58,123 nucleotides of DNA from an uncultured bacterium. GTDB lineage: Bacteria; Patescibacteriota; Minisyncoccia; Phycocordibacterales; CAIJYI01. Below the pieces are notes generated by a model. The model was not told where the DNA came from. It did no database searches and saw nothing but the letters and a program-made list of their open reading frames with translations. The position numbers and the translations under genes were made by a program. Within the stretch, counting starts at the first letter, position 1, and every line of letters begins with the position of its first letter. Below, in pieces: positions 10,329 to 19,587 of the stretch. The stretch lies in contig CAIJYI010000022.1 of the NCBI GenBank assembly GCA_903824855.1, forward strand, positions 1 to 58,123. Direction: 5' to 3'.

Positions 10329-10455
10329 AACATGATACCGTTCCGATACATTTCGGAGCGGTATTTTTTGTAAATAGTGGCTTGACAAAAGCTAAAAAAT
10401 AACGTAAAATCTGCACATAGTACTTTGACAAATTCATCATATTTAGGAGATTAGA

Positions 10456-12774
10456 ATGACTAATCATGGAGACGCAAAAAAACGTCTAAAAATAGAGATA
10501 AAAGGCACTGTTCAGGGGGTTGGATTTCGACCTTTTGTCTGGCGCTTAGCAAATGAACTTGACGTAAAAGGCTGGGTAGTAAATGGGGTGCGTGGTGTGG
10601 TTATCGAGGCGGAAGCTTCAGAATCGACACTTTTGGAATTTCTAAGAAGACTTTCCGATGATGCACCCGTAGTTTCGAGTATTGAATCGAAGAAACATTT
10701 GTTTCTCCAGGACACAGTTTCCTACGAAACTTTTGATATTCGTGAGAGTGATGATGTGGGAGAAAAAACAGCATTGGTACTTCCTGACTTGGCAACTTGT
10801 CCGGAATGTCAAAGTGAAATTTTCAATCAAAAAAATCGTCGCTTCCGATATCCATTCACGAATTGTACGAACTGCGGACCACGATATTCAATTATCGAAA
10901 ATGTCCCGTATGATCGTCCAAATACAACAATGAAAGTTTTTCCAATGTGCCCCGATTGCAGGAAAGAATACAACGATCCTAGTAATCGTCGTTTCTATGC
11001 CCAACCGAATGCGTGTCCCGTTTGCGGACCTCATTTGGAATTATTGGATACTCTTGGATTATCTTTTGCCTCACACGATGACGCTTTGCAAGCTGCAGAA
11101 GATGTCATTCGAAGTGGTGGTACCGTTGCATTAAAAGGTTTGGGTGGTTTTCAATTACTCATTGACGCGACAGAAGAAACTGCGATTAAAAGATTAAGAG
11201 CAATGAAAGGCCGTCCGGGTGAAAAACCGTTCGCGGTTATGTATCCGAATCTTGAACTCATAAAAGCTCATTGCGAAGTCTCAGTCGAAGAGGAAAAAAT
11301 TCTTACTTCAATCGAATCTCCAATCGTGCTTTTAAAAAGAAGAGAAAATCCGAGAGATATAGAGAAACTTCCGCATGAATCAATTGCTCCCGATAGTAAA
11401 ATTATCGGAGTGATGCTTCCTTATACTCCACTACATCATTTACTGATGTCTGATTTAGGTTTTCCTGTTGTGGCTACCAGTGGTAACATTTCAGATGAAC
11501 CAATCATCACGGAGAATAATGAAGCAGTAGAAAAACTTGCTCACATTGCGGATGTTTTCCTTGTTCATAATCGTGGAATTGTTCGTCATGTCGACGACTC
11601 AATCGCGAGAGTGATAGACGGAAGGCCAATCATTTTGAGACGGGCACGGGGTTATGCTCCATTGCCAATCACAATAAAAAACGCATCGGATAAAAGTCCT
11701 TGCGTGGTTGCCTTCGGGCCTGACCTTAAAAATACGGGTGCCGTTTTAATTGGCGATAAAGTGTTTATGACACAACATATCGGCGACATGGAAACAGTAG
11801 CTTCGGAAAAAGCATTAATTCGTTCAATCAAAGACATAATAGCTTTTAGGGATAAAAAACCCGAAGCCGTCGTCTGTGATTTACATCCCAACTATGAGTC
11901 AACAAAAATGGCGGAAACTTTTGCATCGGAATTAAATATTCCTTTGCATCGAATCCAACATCATAAAGCGCATATTTTATCCGCGATGACTGAAAATGGC
12001 ATCATTGGTGAAAATGCACTCGGCGTGGCTTGGGATGGTACGGGTTATGGAGAAGACGATACAATATGGGGCGGAGAATTTTTCTGCGTCAATAAAACCG
12101 GATTGAAACGTCTTGCTCACTTTCGGACATTTGGATTGATTGGTGGCGACACAGCAGCTCGCGAGCCTAAACGCTCCGCGATTGCAATGCTATATGAAAT
12201 TTTTGGGAATGAAATTTTTAATTCCGAGAGATATTCATCAGTCGTCGCACTTTCAGAAAATGAAAGAAAATTATTTCCAAAAATGCTTGAGAACAAGGTG
12301 AACGTTTTCACTACATCAAGCGCAGGCAGATTATTTGATGCCATCGCATCAATATTGGATATTTGTCACTCTTCGGATTACGAAGGGCATGCTGCGATAT
12401 TACTCGAGCAAGCGATTGGAAAAACAGTTACCGATGAAAGCTACCAATTTCGATTTATGGAAAATGGCACGCTTGATTGGGAACCGATGATTCGTTCCAT
12501 TTTGAACGACTTCGAAGAAGGAATTCCTCGTTCAGTTATGTCGGCAAAATTTCACAATACGCTTGCAAAGGCGATTGTAAAGATTGCTGAATTATCAGAG
12601 GAGAAAAAAGTGGTCTTATCCGGCGGATGTTTTCAAAATAAATATTTGTTGGAACGGGTCATGAAGGAATTTGAGGGAACTGAAATAGAGGTTTTTACTC
12701 AAAACAAATTACCGATGAATGACGGGGGAATTGCCCTTGGTCAAATCACCGCATTTCTTATGAACACAAAATAA
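10456..12774 (+). CDS. hypF: [NiFe]-hydrogenase maturation carbamoyltransferase HypF
   Basis: GTVQGVGFRPF acylphosphatase domain, CxxC zinc fingers, QHHKAH, DGTGYG, NDGGIALGQ. Confidence 0.97.
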   Translation: MTNHGDAKKRLKIEIKGTVQGVGFRPFVWRLANELDVKGWVVNGVRGVVIEAEASESTLLEFLRRLSDDAPVVSSIESKKHLFLQDTVSYETFDIRESDDVGEKTALVLPDLATCPECQSEIFNQKNRRFRYPFTNCTNCGPRYSIIENVPYDRPNTTMKVFPMCPDCRKEYNDPSNRRFYAQPNACPVCGPHLELLDTLGLSFASHDDALQAAEDVIRSGGTVALKGLGGFQLLIDATEETAIKRLRAMKGRPGEKPFAVMYPNLELIKAHCEVSVEEEKILTSIESPIVLLKRRENPRDIEKLPHESIAPDSKIIGVMLPYTPLHHLLMSDLGFPVVATSGNISDEPIITENNEAVEKLAHIADVFLVHNRGIVRHVDDSIARVIDGRPIILRRARGYAPLPITIKNASDKSPCVVAFGPDLKNTGAVLIGDKVFMTQHIGDMETVASEKALIRSIKDIIAFRDKKPEAVVCDLHPNYESTKMAETFASELNIPLHRIQHHKAHILSAMTENGIIGENALGVAWDGTGYGEDDTIWGGEFFCVNKTGLKRLAHFRTFGLIGGDTAAREPKRSAIAMLYEIFGNEIFNSERYSSVVALSENERKLFPKMLENKVNVFTTSSAGRLFDAIASILDICHSSDYEGHAAILLEQAIGKTVTDESYQFRFMENGTLDWEPMIRSILNDFEEGIPRSVMSAKFHNTLAKAIVKIAELSEEKKVVLSGGCFQNKYLLERVMKEFEGTEIEVFTQNKLPMNDGGIALGQITAFLMNTK

Positions 12775-12794
12775 ACCTAAAGGAGGTGATAATT

Positions 12795-13022
12795 ATGTGT
12801 TTAGGTGTACCCGGAAAAATTATTGAAATAACGGGGGTCGCACCATTTTGCACGGCCAAAGTTAGTTTTGGCGGGGCAGTTAAAAGCGGAATTTCGCTTA
12901 TGGCTTGCCCGGATGCAAAAGTGGACGATTATTGTTTAACTCACGCAGGCAGTGCACTTTCCGTCATTGACGAAGAAGCAGCAAACGAAATACTAGAATG
13001 GCTTCGTTGCTATGCCAAATAA
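12795..13022 (+). CDS. hypC: Hydrogenase maturation chaperone HypC
   Basis: MCLGVPGKI N-terminus; AGGAGG SD; operon position. Confidence 0.93.
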   Translation: MCLGVPGKIIEITGVAPFCTAKVSFGGAVKSGISLMACPDAKVDDYCLTHAGSALSVIDEEAANEILEWLRCYAK

Positions 13023-13034
13023 GAGGATTGGACC

Positions 13035-14162
13035 ATGAAATATGTTACAGAATTCCGCGACAAGGAAGTTGCGGAGGGGGTGATTTTAGAAATCAATAAA
13101 GTGGTTGCCGAAATCAAAAAAAATCCCAGAATAAAATTGCCGATTCGTTTGATGGAAATCTGCGGAGGGCAAACACATTCAATTCTTCAGTATGGTATAC
13201 ATTCGGCGCTTCCTAAAGAAGTGGAATTCGTCCACGGACCGGGATGTCCCGTTTGTGTTACTCCAATCGAAACCATTAACCTTGCTTTGGAACTCGCAAA
13301 ACAACCGAATGTGATTTTCACATCTTTCGGTGATATGTTGCGTGTTCCCGGTTCAGACGAAAATATGTTTGAAGCAAAAGCAAAGGGTGCTGATATCAGA
13401 TGGGTGTACGCACCAAGTGAAGCCGTCGAAATTGCAAAACAAAATCCTGATAAAGAAGTAGTATTCTTTGCCATCGGATTTGAAACAACTACATGGCCTA
13501 TTACTGAAGCCCTTTGTATTGCAGAAAGAGACAGTGTGAAAAACTTCTCGATTCTTCCAACAATGGTTCGCGTTCCTCCCGCACTTGAAGTAATTTTGAG
13601 TGATCCCGAATGTATTATCGACGGCATACTTGCCGCCGGTCACGTTTGCACGATTATGGGAACGGAAGAGTATGAACCACTTGTAGAAAAGTATAACGTG
13701 CCGATTGTTGTCACCGGATTTCAACCCATTGATATTCTAACCGGTGTGCTTCTAGCTCTACTACAAATTGAGGAAGGTCGTTCTGATGTTGAAAATGCTT
13801 ATGGATGGGTAGCAAATAGTGCGGGAAGTACCGTCGCTAAATCTCTCATCAATAAATTCTTCAAAATAGTCGACAGAAAATGGCGCGGTATCGGATTGAT
13901 ACCGAATAGCGGTTTTGGACTTCGCGATGAATATCTCAAATATGATGCAGAAATAAAATGGAAAAACATACACGCCCGCAAGGAACCTGAACCCAATAAA
14001 TATTGTGGTCTCGTTCTAACGGGGAAAATTAAACCTACAGAGTGTCCTTTCTACAAAAAGGAATGTTCGCAAGAACACCCAATTGGGGCACTTATGGTTT
14101 CCTCAGAGGGCGCGTGCGCGGCATACTTTTTGTACAACAAAGATACAGGAGAAAGTAAATGA
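13035..14162 (+). CDS. hypD: Hydrogenase maturation protein HypD
   Basis: MEICGGQTH, GPGCPVC, GFETT, AGHV, MVSSEGACAA. Confidence 0.97.
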   Translation: MKYVTEFRDKEVAEGVILEINKVVAEIKKNPRIKLPIRLMEICGGQTHSILQYGIHSALPKEVEFVHGPGCPVCVTPIETINLALELAKQPNVIFTSFGDMLRVPGSDENMFEAKAKGADIRWVYAPSEAVEIAKQNPDKEVVFFAIGFETTTWPITEALCIAERDSVKNFSILPTMVRVPPALEVILSDPECIIDGILAAGHVCTIMGTEEYEPLVEKYNVPIVVTGFQPIDILTGVLLALLQIEEGRSDVENAYGWVANSAGSTVAKSLINKFFKIVDRKWRGIGLIPNSGFGLRDEYLKYDAEIKWKNIHARKEPEPNKYCGLVLTGKIKPTECPFYKKECSQEHPIGALMVSSEGACAAYFLYNKDTGESK

Positions 14163-15202
14163 GTAATTTCAATTTACAATGCCCTGTGATGGGGTACAAA
14201 GATACGGATGTCGTCACAATGGCCCACGGTTCGGGTGGAGAAAGCATGCAACGGCTTATTGGTGAAATGTATGCAAATGCTTTTCCCAAATTACAAAAAG
14301 ATACCGATGCTGCTTGTTTACCTAATATCGGTGAAATGGCTTTTACCACAGATTCATTTGTGGTAGATCCAATTTTCTTTCCGGGTGGTGATATTGGTTC
14401 GCTTGCCGTACACGGTACGGTAAACGATATTGCGATGATGGGAGCTAGGCCAAAATTTATGAGTGTCGCGTTTATTATCGAGGAGGGCTTTCCTCTTAAA
14501 GATTTGAACACGATTGTTCATTCAATGGCAGACGCTGCAAAAAAAAGTAATATACAGATTGTAACCGGTGATACAAAAGTAGTCGGAAGAGGACAGGGAA
14601 ACGGAATATATATTAATACTTCAGCTGTCGGTAATCTAATGATTCATGATTGTAACCAACCTCAATATGTCGACGTTGGAGATAAGATAATTGTTTCAGG
14701 CGATATTGGGCGTCATGGTATGGCCATAATGTCGGTTCGTAACGGTTTAGAGTTAGATCCACCCATACTTTCCGATTCAGCGCCGTTAAACGCAATGGTT
14801 CTATCGATTTTGAACGATGATGTTTACCCATCTTGTATGCGAGATGCGACACGAGGTGGAGTTGCTGCGGTTTTGAATGAAATCGCGCGAACCGCACAAG
14901 TTCATATACGCATAGAAGAAGAAAAAGTTCCCGTTGATGAAAATGTTCGCGGTCTTGCCGAAATTCTTGGTCTTGATCCGTTGCACATTGCAAACGAAGG
15001 AAGATTTGTTCTTTTTGTAAAAGCGGAAGACGCTCTACGTACGGTAAAAATTCTCCAAACTTTTGAAGGCGGAGAAAAAGCTGCGATTATCGGCGAAGTG
15101 GCCGGTAAAAATAAAAATGGTTTGGTTACGGCCAAAACTTTACTCGGCTCAGAAAAACCGATACATATGCCCGCAGGAGAAATCTTGCCAAGGATATGTT
15201 AA
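14159..15202 (+). CDS. hypE: Hydrogenase maturation dehydratase HypE
   Basis: MAHGSGG, TTDSFVV, GDTKVV, RDATRGG, ANEG, C-terminal PRIC. Confidence 0.97.
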   Translation: MSNFNLQCPVMGYKDTDVVTMAHGSGGESMQRLIGEMYANAFPKLQKDTDAACLPNIGEMAFTTDSFVVDPIFFPGGDIGSLAVHGTVNDIAMMGARPKFMSVAFIIEEGFPLKDLNTIVHSMADAAKKSNIQIVTGDTKVVGRGQGNGIYINTSAVGNLMIHDCNQPQYVDVGDKIIVSGDIGRHGMAIMSVRNGLELDPPILSDSAPLNAMVLSILNDDVYPSCMRDATRGGVAAVLNEIARTAQVHIRIEEEKVPVDENVRGLAEILGLDPLHIANEGRFVLFVKAEDALRTVKILQTFEGGEKAAIIGEVAGKNKNGLVTAKTLLGSEKPIHMPAGEILPRIC

Positions 15203-15226
15203 AATTTGTTCTTTAGTTATAATTCA

Positions 15227-15253
15227 AAAGGGTGACCGATGTCACCCTTTTTT
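15227..15253. terminator. Bidirectional terminator hypE/priA
   Basis: AAAAGGGTGAC-CGAT-GTCACCCTTTT. Confidence 0.85.
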
Positions 15254-15277
15254 TATTGGTACAATTGAGTCTGTAAC

Positions 15278-17209
15278 TTATAGTAAATCTTCCGGATCTA
15301 TCTTCACTTTGAAATATGGCGGTAATGAAATAATTTTTTGAACCAATTCTGCGTCAGGCCATTTTTCCGTAGCTGTTTTCATTATGGCGTTTACTTGAAA
15401 TCGATCTTTAATTTTCGGAATAAAAGCGGGGAAAATTTTGACGCCGTAATTCTTAAAAACGCTTTCAATTAAGTTAGCTTTTTCCGCAACTTCTTGATCG
15501 GTTCCTTCAAAACGAATTTTAATGATCGTTGAATAAGGGGGATAAAAGAAGCGCATTCTTTCTTTTGTTTCATCCTTGTAAAATTCCATCAGATTTCCCT
15601 GCATAAGTGCTCGAAATATCTTTTCCTGAGGATATCTTGTTTGAACAATAAAAGTTTTTTCAGCTTTTGTTTTAACTTCAAGAAGTTTTCTGAGTATTTT
15701 TTCATTTGTTCGAAAGTCCGGAAGAGAAAAAAGTGAATCTACTGAAATGACGGCTGCTAGTGATACTTTGTCGATATAAGGCATCGCAAATTCCGTTCCG
15801 ATAAGAATTGAGCCCCTTGAATTTTTAAAAGTGTTTGAGATTTCTGAACACTTCTTTTCGTTTTTTACCACATCTGAATTCAACTCGTGGATTGGAACTC
15901 CGGGAAACATCTCTTGAATTTCCACGGCCGCCTGTTCGACACCGACTCCAAGTGGCATTAATCTCCAACTGCTACAGATAGGGCACATTATATCAGTCTT
16001 TTTTCTCTCTTCGCATTTATGACAGATGAATATATTTCTCATTCCTTCACGATGAAGAACATAGGGAATCTGACACCTCTGGCACGTTAAAACATTTCCA
16101 CAATCACGGCAGGCGGTAAGGGGAGCAAGTCCGCGTCGCACACCAAAGAGAAAGACATTGCCTCCCGCTGATAGAGTATCGGTGATTGAACGGCGAAGCG
16201 GCTCGGAAATAATTCTCCATGTTTTATCCGGAGAAGGTTCGCGTTTGTCTTTTCTTGTATCAATAACTTCTTGTTCCAATGTTGAGAGAAGTCGAAAACG
16301 TAACGGAATTATTGCGGAAAGTTTCTTTTCCTCATATCGCCAGAGTGTTTCAATTCTCAAAAATGAATCTCCAACGATAAATCGTGCTACCATTTTTTCC
16401 GCATATTTTTCGAGGAAGAAACGAAAATCAAAATAGGGTCTAGAAAATGTTTGGTAAGAATCACGACTTTCTTGTTCAATAATAAATGCGCCAAAATCGC
16501 ATCTTGGAACGGATGCAAACATTGGCGTTCCTATAATAAGAACAGGGTGCGTCGTTTCCATTATTTTTTTCCACGTAGCGACCATTTCTTTCGGCGACAA
16601 TTTTCCGTTCAAAATAAAAGTATATTGCTCAATTCCTCTTGAGAGTTCATGAGAAACCATCTCTGTGCTCATCGTCGTGGAACAGGAAAGAAATACAGAT
16701 GAACCCCTCGCAAATTCTTCTCTAATTATTCCGCGATATACTGAAAATCGATCCTCATGACTCGCTTGAATTGCAAATTTATCAGCATGGAGAATTTTAT
16801 CAGCATGATCTGAACGTTTTATGACAGTAGCATCGTCTTTAAGTAGAGGGGTGAGAATTCCTTTTGGTTTAAGATATTCATCAAAAATTCTTACCGGTAC
16901 TAATCCTGAAATAACACCGCCAACGGTAGATGCATAAAATTTTGCCGTTTCATTTGCCGCCTCAATAAATTCCGGAAGTATAAAATTTCTTTCCGCAATC
17001 TTTTCAACGCGTTTCAATGTAAAACGCGAACTTTTTAGCCTTGATTTTGCTTCATTGGCATCTTCAAACGAAGTCACTAAGCCGGGGACTGATTTTCCCC
17101 GTAGAGGAATAACAACGAGAGAATTATTTTGTATGTCTTTTGAAGTATAGTAGGTCAAAACCTCCTTTAAAACTCCTTGTGTAATTGGGGAAGCATTAAC
17201 TATCTTCAT
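15278..17209 (-). CDS. priA: Primosomal protein N' with degenerate helicase motifs
   Basis: N-terminal 3'-binding-like domain, RRG plus four CxxC, LIGTE, PDFR, YPPY; no Walker A/DExH. Confidence 0.88.
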   Translation of the reverse strand: MKIVNASPITQGVLKEVLTYYTSKDIQNNSLVVIPLRGKSVPGLVTSFEDANEAKSRLKSSRFTLKRVEKIAERNFILPEFIEAANETAKFYASTVGGVISGLVPVRIFDEYLKPKGILTPLLKDDATVIKRSDHADKILHADKFAIQASHEDRFSVYRGIIREEFARGSSVFLSCSTTMSTEMVSHELSRGIEQYTFILNGKLSPKEMVATWKKIMETTHPVLIIGTPMFASVPRCDFGAFIIEQESRDSYQTFSRPYFDFRFFLEKYAEKMVARFIVGDSFLRIETLWRYEEKKLSAIIPLRFRLLSTLEQEVIDTRKDKREPSPDKTWRIISEPLRRSITDTLSAGGNVFLFGVRRGLAPLTACRDCGNVLTCQRCQIPYVLHREGMRNIFICHKCEERKKTDIMCPICSSWRLMPLGVGVEQAAVEIQEMFPGVPIHELNSDVVKNEKKCSEISNTFKNSRGSILIGTEFAMPYIDKVSLAAVISVDSLFSLPDFRTNEKILRKLLEVKTKAEKTFIVQTRYPQEKIFRALMQGNLMEFYKDETKERMRFFYPPYSTIIKIRFEGTDQEVAEKANLIESVFKNYGVKIFPAFIPKIKDRFQVNAIMKTATEKWPDAELVQKIISLPPYFKVKIDPEDLL

Positions 17210-17225
17210 TTGTTATAAAACGTGT

Positions 17226-17921
17226 TTAATTCGAAAGACCCGAGATTCGATATAGTGAATCGTCGTCTTTTATGATGAGCGTATTGTTGGAGAGAACAAA
17301 AAGTGGGGAAATTCCTTTGTAAACCGGTTGGAAATTTCTTGGAGTTGTTGCCCCAGTTTCTACCGCAAAAATTCCGTCATTTACTGCGACGAGTAATACA
17401 TCGGTTCTTCCGGGGAAAAAATCTGCGGAACGTGCGTTTGCGATACGGGTAGTTTCGAGTGGCTTCAATACATCTTGTCGGATTGTGATTGAATCAAAAA
17501 GTGCAAGAGTATCTTTGTATTCCGAACTCATTTCAATGACCCCATTTGAATAGGAATTTTTGACAATCTCAATAGGTTTTATGTCTTTTTGAACAAGAAG
17601 GGGATTAAGAGTAATTTCTTGTTTTGCTCCTAAATCAATATTCTTTTCCCAAGGCCAAGAATTTCCGCGTGAAATGATAACAGAATGATTTCCTTCAAAA
17701 TAATTATAAGACATTTTTTCACCTGACCCCTGCGAGTGTCCGGCGATTCTTCCGTCAATATATACTTCCGTTCCATACGACGGTGAAATGAGAGATATGG
17801 TTCCTGTGGTTTCCTTTGACCATATACCATAGGCGATTGCCAGCATAACGGCAAAAATTACTGTGATAATAACCTGCGGCGGAATTTGTTCCTTAACAAT
17901 ATTTTTGAGTGTCATCTTCAT
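17226..17921 (-). CDS. Membrane-anchored PEGA-like domain protein
   Basis: TM helix, then TGTISLISPSYGTEVYIDG...GNHSVIISR. Confidence 0.7.
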   Translation of the reverse strand: MKMTLKNIVKEQIPPQVIITVIFAVMLAIAYGIWSKETTGTISLISPSYGTEVYIDGRIAGHSQGSGEKMSYNYFEGNHSVIISRGNSWPWEKNIDLGAKQEITLNPLLVQKDIKPIEIVKNSYSNGVIEMSSEYKDTLALFDSITIRQDVLKPLETTRIANARSADFFPGRTDVLLVAVNDGIFAVETGATTPRNFQPVYKGISPLFVLSNNTLIIKDDDSLYRISGLSN

Positions 17922-18058
17922 AATGACATTATAATACAGGAAAAGAGTATAAATTGTAAATTGACAACCGTATTCTATTGTTATGAGATAAATAAACGCC
18001 TTTTTTTAAAATAGAAAAAGCCGCCACCGATATTATCAGTGACGACGGTATTCTTTAC

Positions 18059-18172
18059 TTATTTCTTTAGGTGATGATAAACATTTATCCCCAAGACATT
18101 TAATGCTGCGCATATAAACATAATCGGATAAAACGCTATGATTTTTACTATTTTTTTCGCACAATATTTCAT
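18059..18172 (-). CDS. Small hydrophobic peptide (37 aa), below the ORF-track cutoff
   Basis: AAGGAG SD; MKYCAKKIVKIIAFYPIMFICAALNVLGINVYHHLKK. Confidence 0.5.
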   Translation of the reverse strand: MKYCAKKIVKIIAFYPIMFICAALNVLGINVYHHLKK

Positions 18173-18338
18173 GTATGCTCTCCTTTGTAAAATATGGCTA
18201 TAAAAGCCGGAACCTTAGCTGAAGAAATTGTGCCATATAATATAAAATTTTGCAAGCTCTCGGTAAATCTTGAAAAGATTTAAGAAATAAAAAAAGCGTC
18301 TGATATTCAAACGCTTTTTTATACATAACAATTAAAAT

Positions 18339-18965
18339 TTATGATTCATCCTCATCCTTATCGAAACATAAACTGACTTTTCCAAAAAGGTCTTCAGCTC
18401 TATTGTAAAGGGAAATTAATTTATGTTTAGCTTCCGAATCAGAAAAATTTTCATTTTCGATGTCAGCAAAATCCTTTTTTATTCCGGCTAATTCCATTTC
18501 AAAGGCATTTTTAACATCCGGGTCGGTAATGTCGGAAATCATTGACTCTGAACTGGGCACCCACTGTTTTGTAATAAGTTTTATATAAATTTTCGGATCT
18601 ATTTTTTCCACATCCGCTTCTTCATGATTTGCCGATTTCTGCACTGGATTTGATAGATCTTTCAAATACAAACTAACTTTTCCAACAAGCCGTTCAGCTC
18701 TATTGTAAAGGGAGATTAATTTATGATTAGCTTCCGAATCAGAAAAATTTTGGTTTTCGATGTCAGCAAAATCCTTTTTTATTCCGGCTAATTCCATTTC
18801 AAAGGCATTTTTAACATCCGGATCAGATATGTCGCAAATCATTGATTCTGAACTAGGAATCCATTGTTTTGTGACAAGGTTTATATAAATTTTCGGATCT
18901 ATTTTTTCCACATCAGGCTCTCTATGTCCAGCCGATTCCGGCATTGGATATATATTTTCTTCCAT
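18339..18965 (-). CDS. Hypothetical acidic protein made of two ~100-aa repeats
   Basis: DVEKIDPKIY...AE.L.GKVSL occurs twice. Confidence 0.8.
   Translation of the reverse strand: MEENIYPMPESAGHREPDVEKIDPKIYINLVTKQWIPSSESMICDISDPDVKNAFEMELAGIKKDFADIENQNFSDSEANHKLISLYNRAERLVGKVSLYLKDLSNPVQKSANHEEADVEKIDPKIYIKLITKQWVPSSESMISDITDPDVKNAFEMELAGIKKDFADIENENFSDSEAKHKLISLYNRAEDLFGKVSLCFDKDEDES
18363..18914. repeat. Direct repeat with 300-bp period
   Basis: ~18363-18614 aligns nearly identically with ~18663-18914. Confidence 0.92.
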
Positions 18966-19091
18966 ATAAAAAAATTTTATAAATGATTTTTTATTAATAA
19001 AAATCTCCTTAAATAAAAGTATAGCACAGGCGATTAAATTTTCACAGTTGTCACTTGTTTTTTAAGAGGAAAAAGGTATAATACTGGTACT

Positions 19092-19562
19092 ATGAATGAT
19101 GAAAAAGAATATTTAAGTCAAGAGAAGTTCGACGAGCTTAAAAACGAGCTCGAATACTTGCGTTCAATCGGTCGAAAAAAAGTTCTGACCGACCTTGAAT
19201 ACGCTAAATCCTTAGGCGATCTTTCCGAAAACGCCGAATACCATGAAGCTCGCAGTAAACAAGCTGAGCTTGAAGATCGTGTTGCCGTTTTGGAAACCCT
19301 TCTCAAATCAGCAGTAATTGTTTCGCATCATGATGCCGATACCGTCTCGATGGGGTCTATAGTCACCGTTAAAAAAAGTGGCGAGAAAGAAGATTTAAAA
19401 CTTGAGATTGTAGGTACGGAAGAGGCTGATCTTTCAAAAGGGAAGCTCTCCAATAAATCTCCTCTCGGACAAGCCATAATGGGAAAAAAGAAGGGTGAAA
19501 TCGCTATTATGAAAAAACCGAACGGCGAAGAAACTTCCTTTACTATAACCAGTGTTCGATAA
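19092..19562 (+). CDS. greA: Transcription elongation factor GreA
   Basis: GDLSENAEY, SPLGQAIMGKK. Confidence 0.97.
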   Translation: MNDEKEYLSQEKFDELKNELEYLRSIGRKKVLTDLEYAKSLGDLSENAEYHEARSKQAELEDRVAVLETLLKSAVIVSHHDADTVSMGSIVTVKKSGEKEDLKLEIVGTEEADLSKGKLSNKSPLGQAIMGKKKGEIAIMKKPNGEETSFTITSVR

Positions 19563-19587
19563 GATTACTTCGTAATCAACTATTTCA

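Noticed and set aside
18363..18914. CRISPR array or IS interpretation of the repeats
   Set aside because: Only two long in-frame coding units; no short repeat-spacer periodicity, cas gene or transposase anywhere in the window
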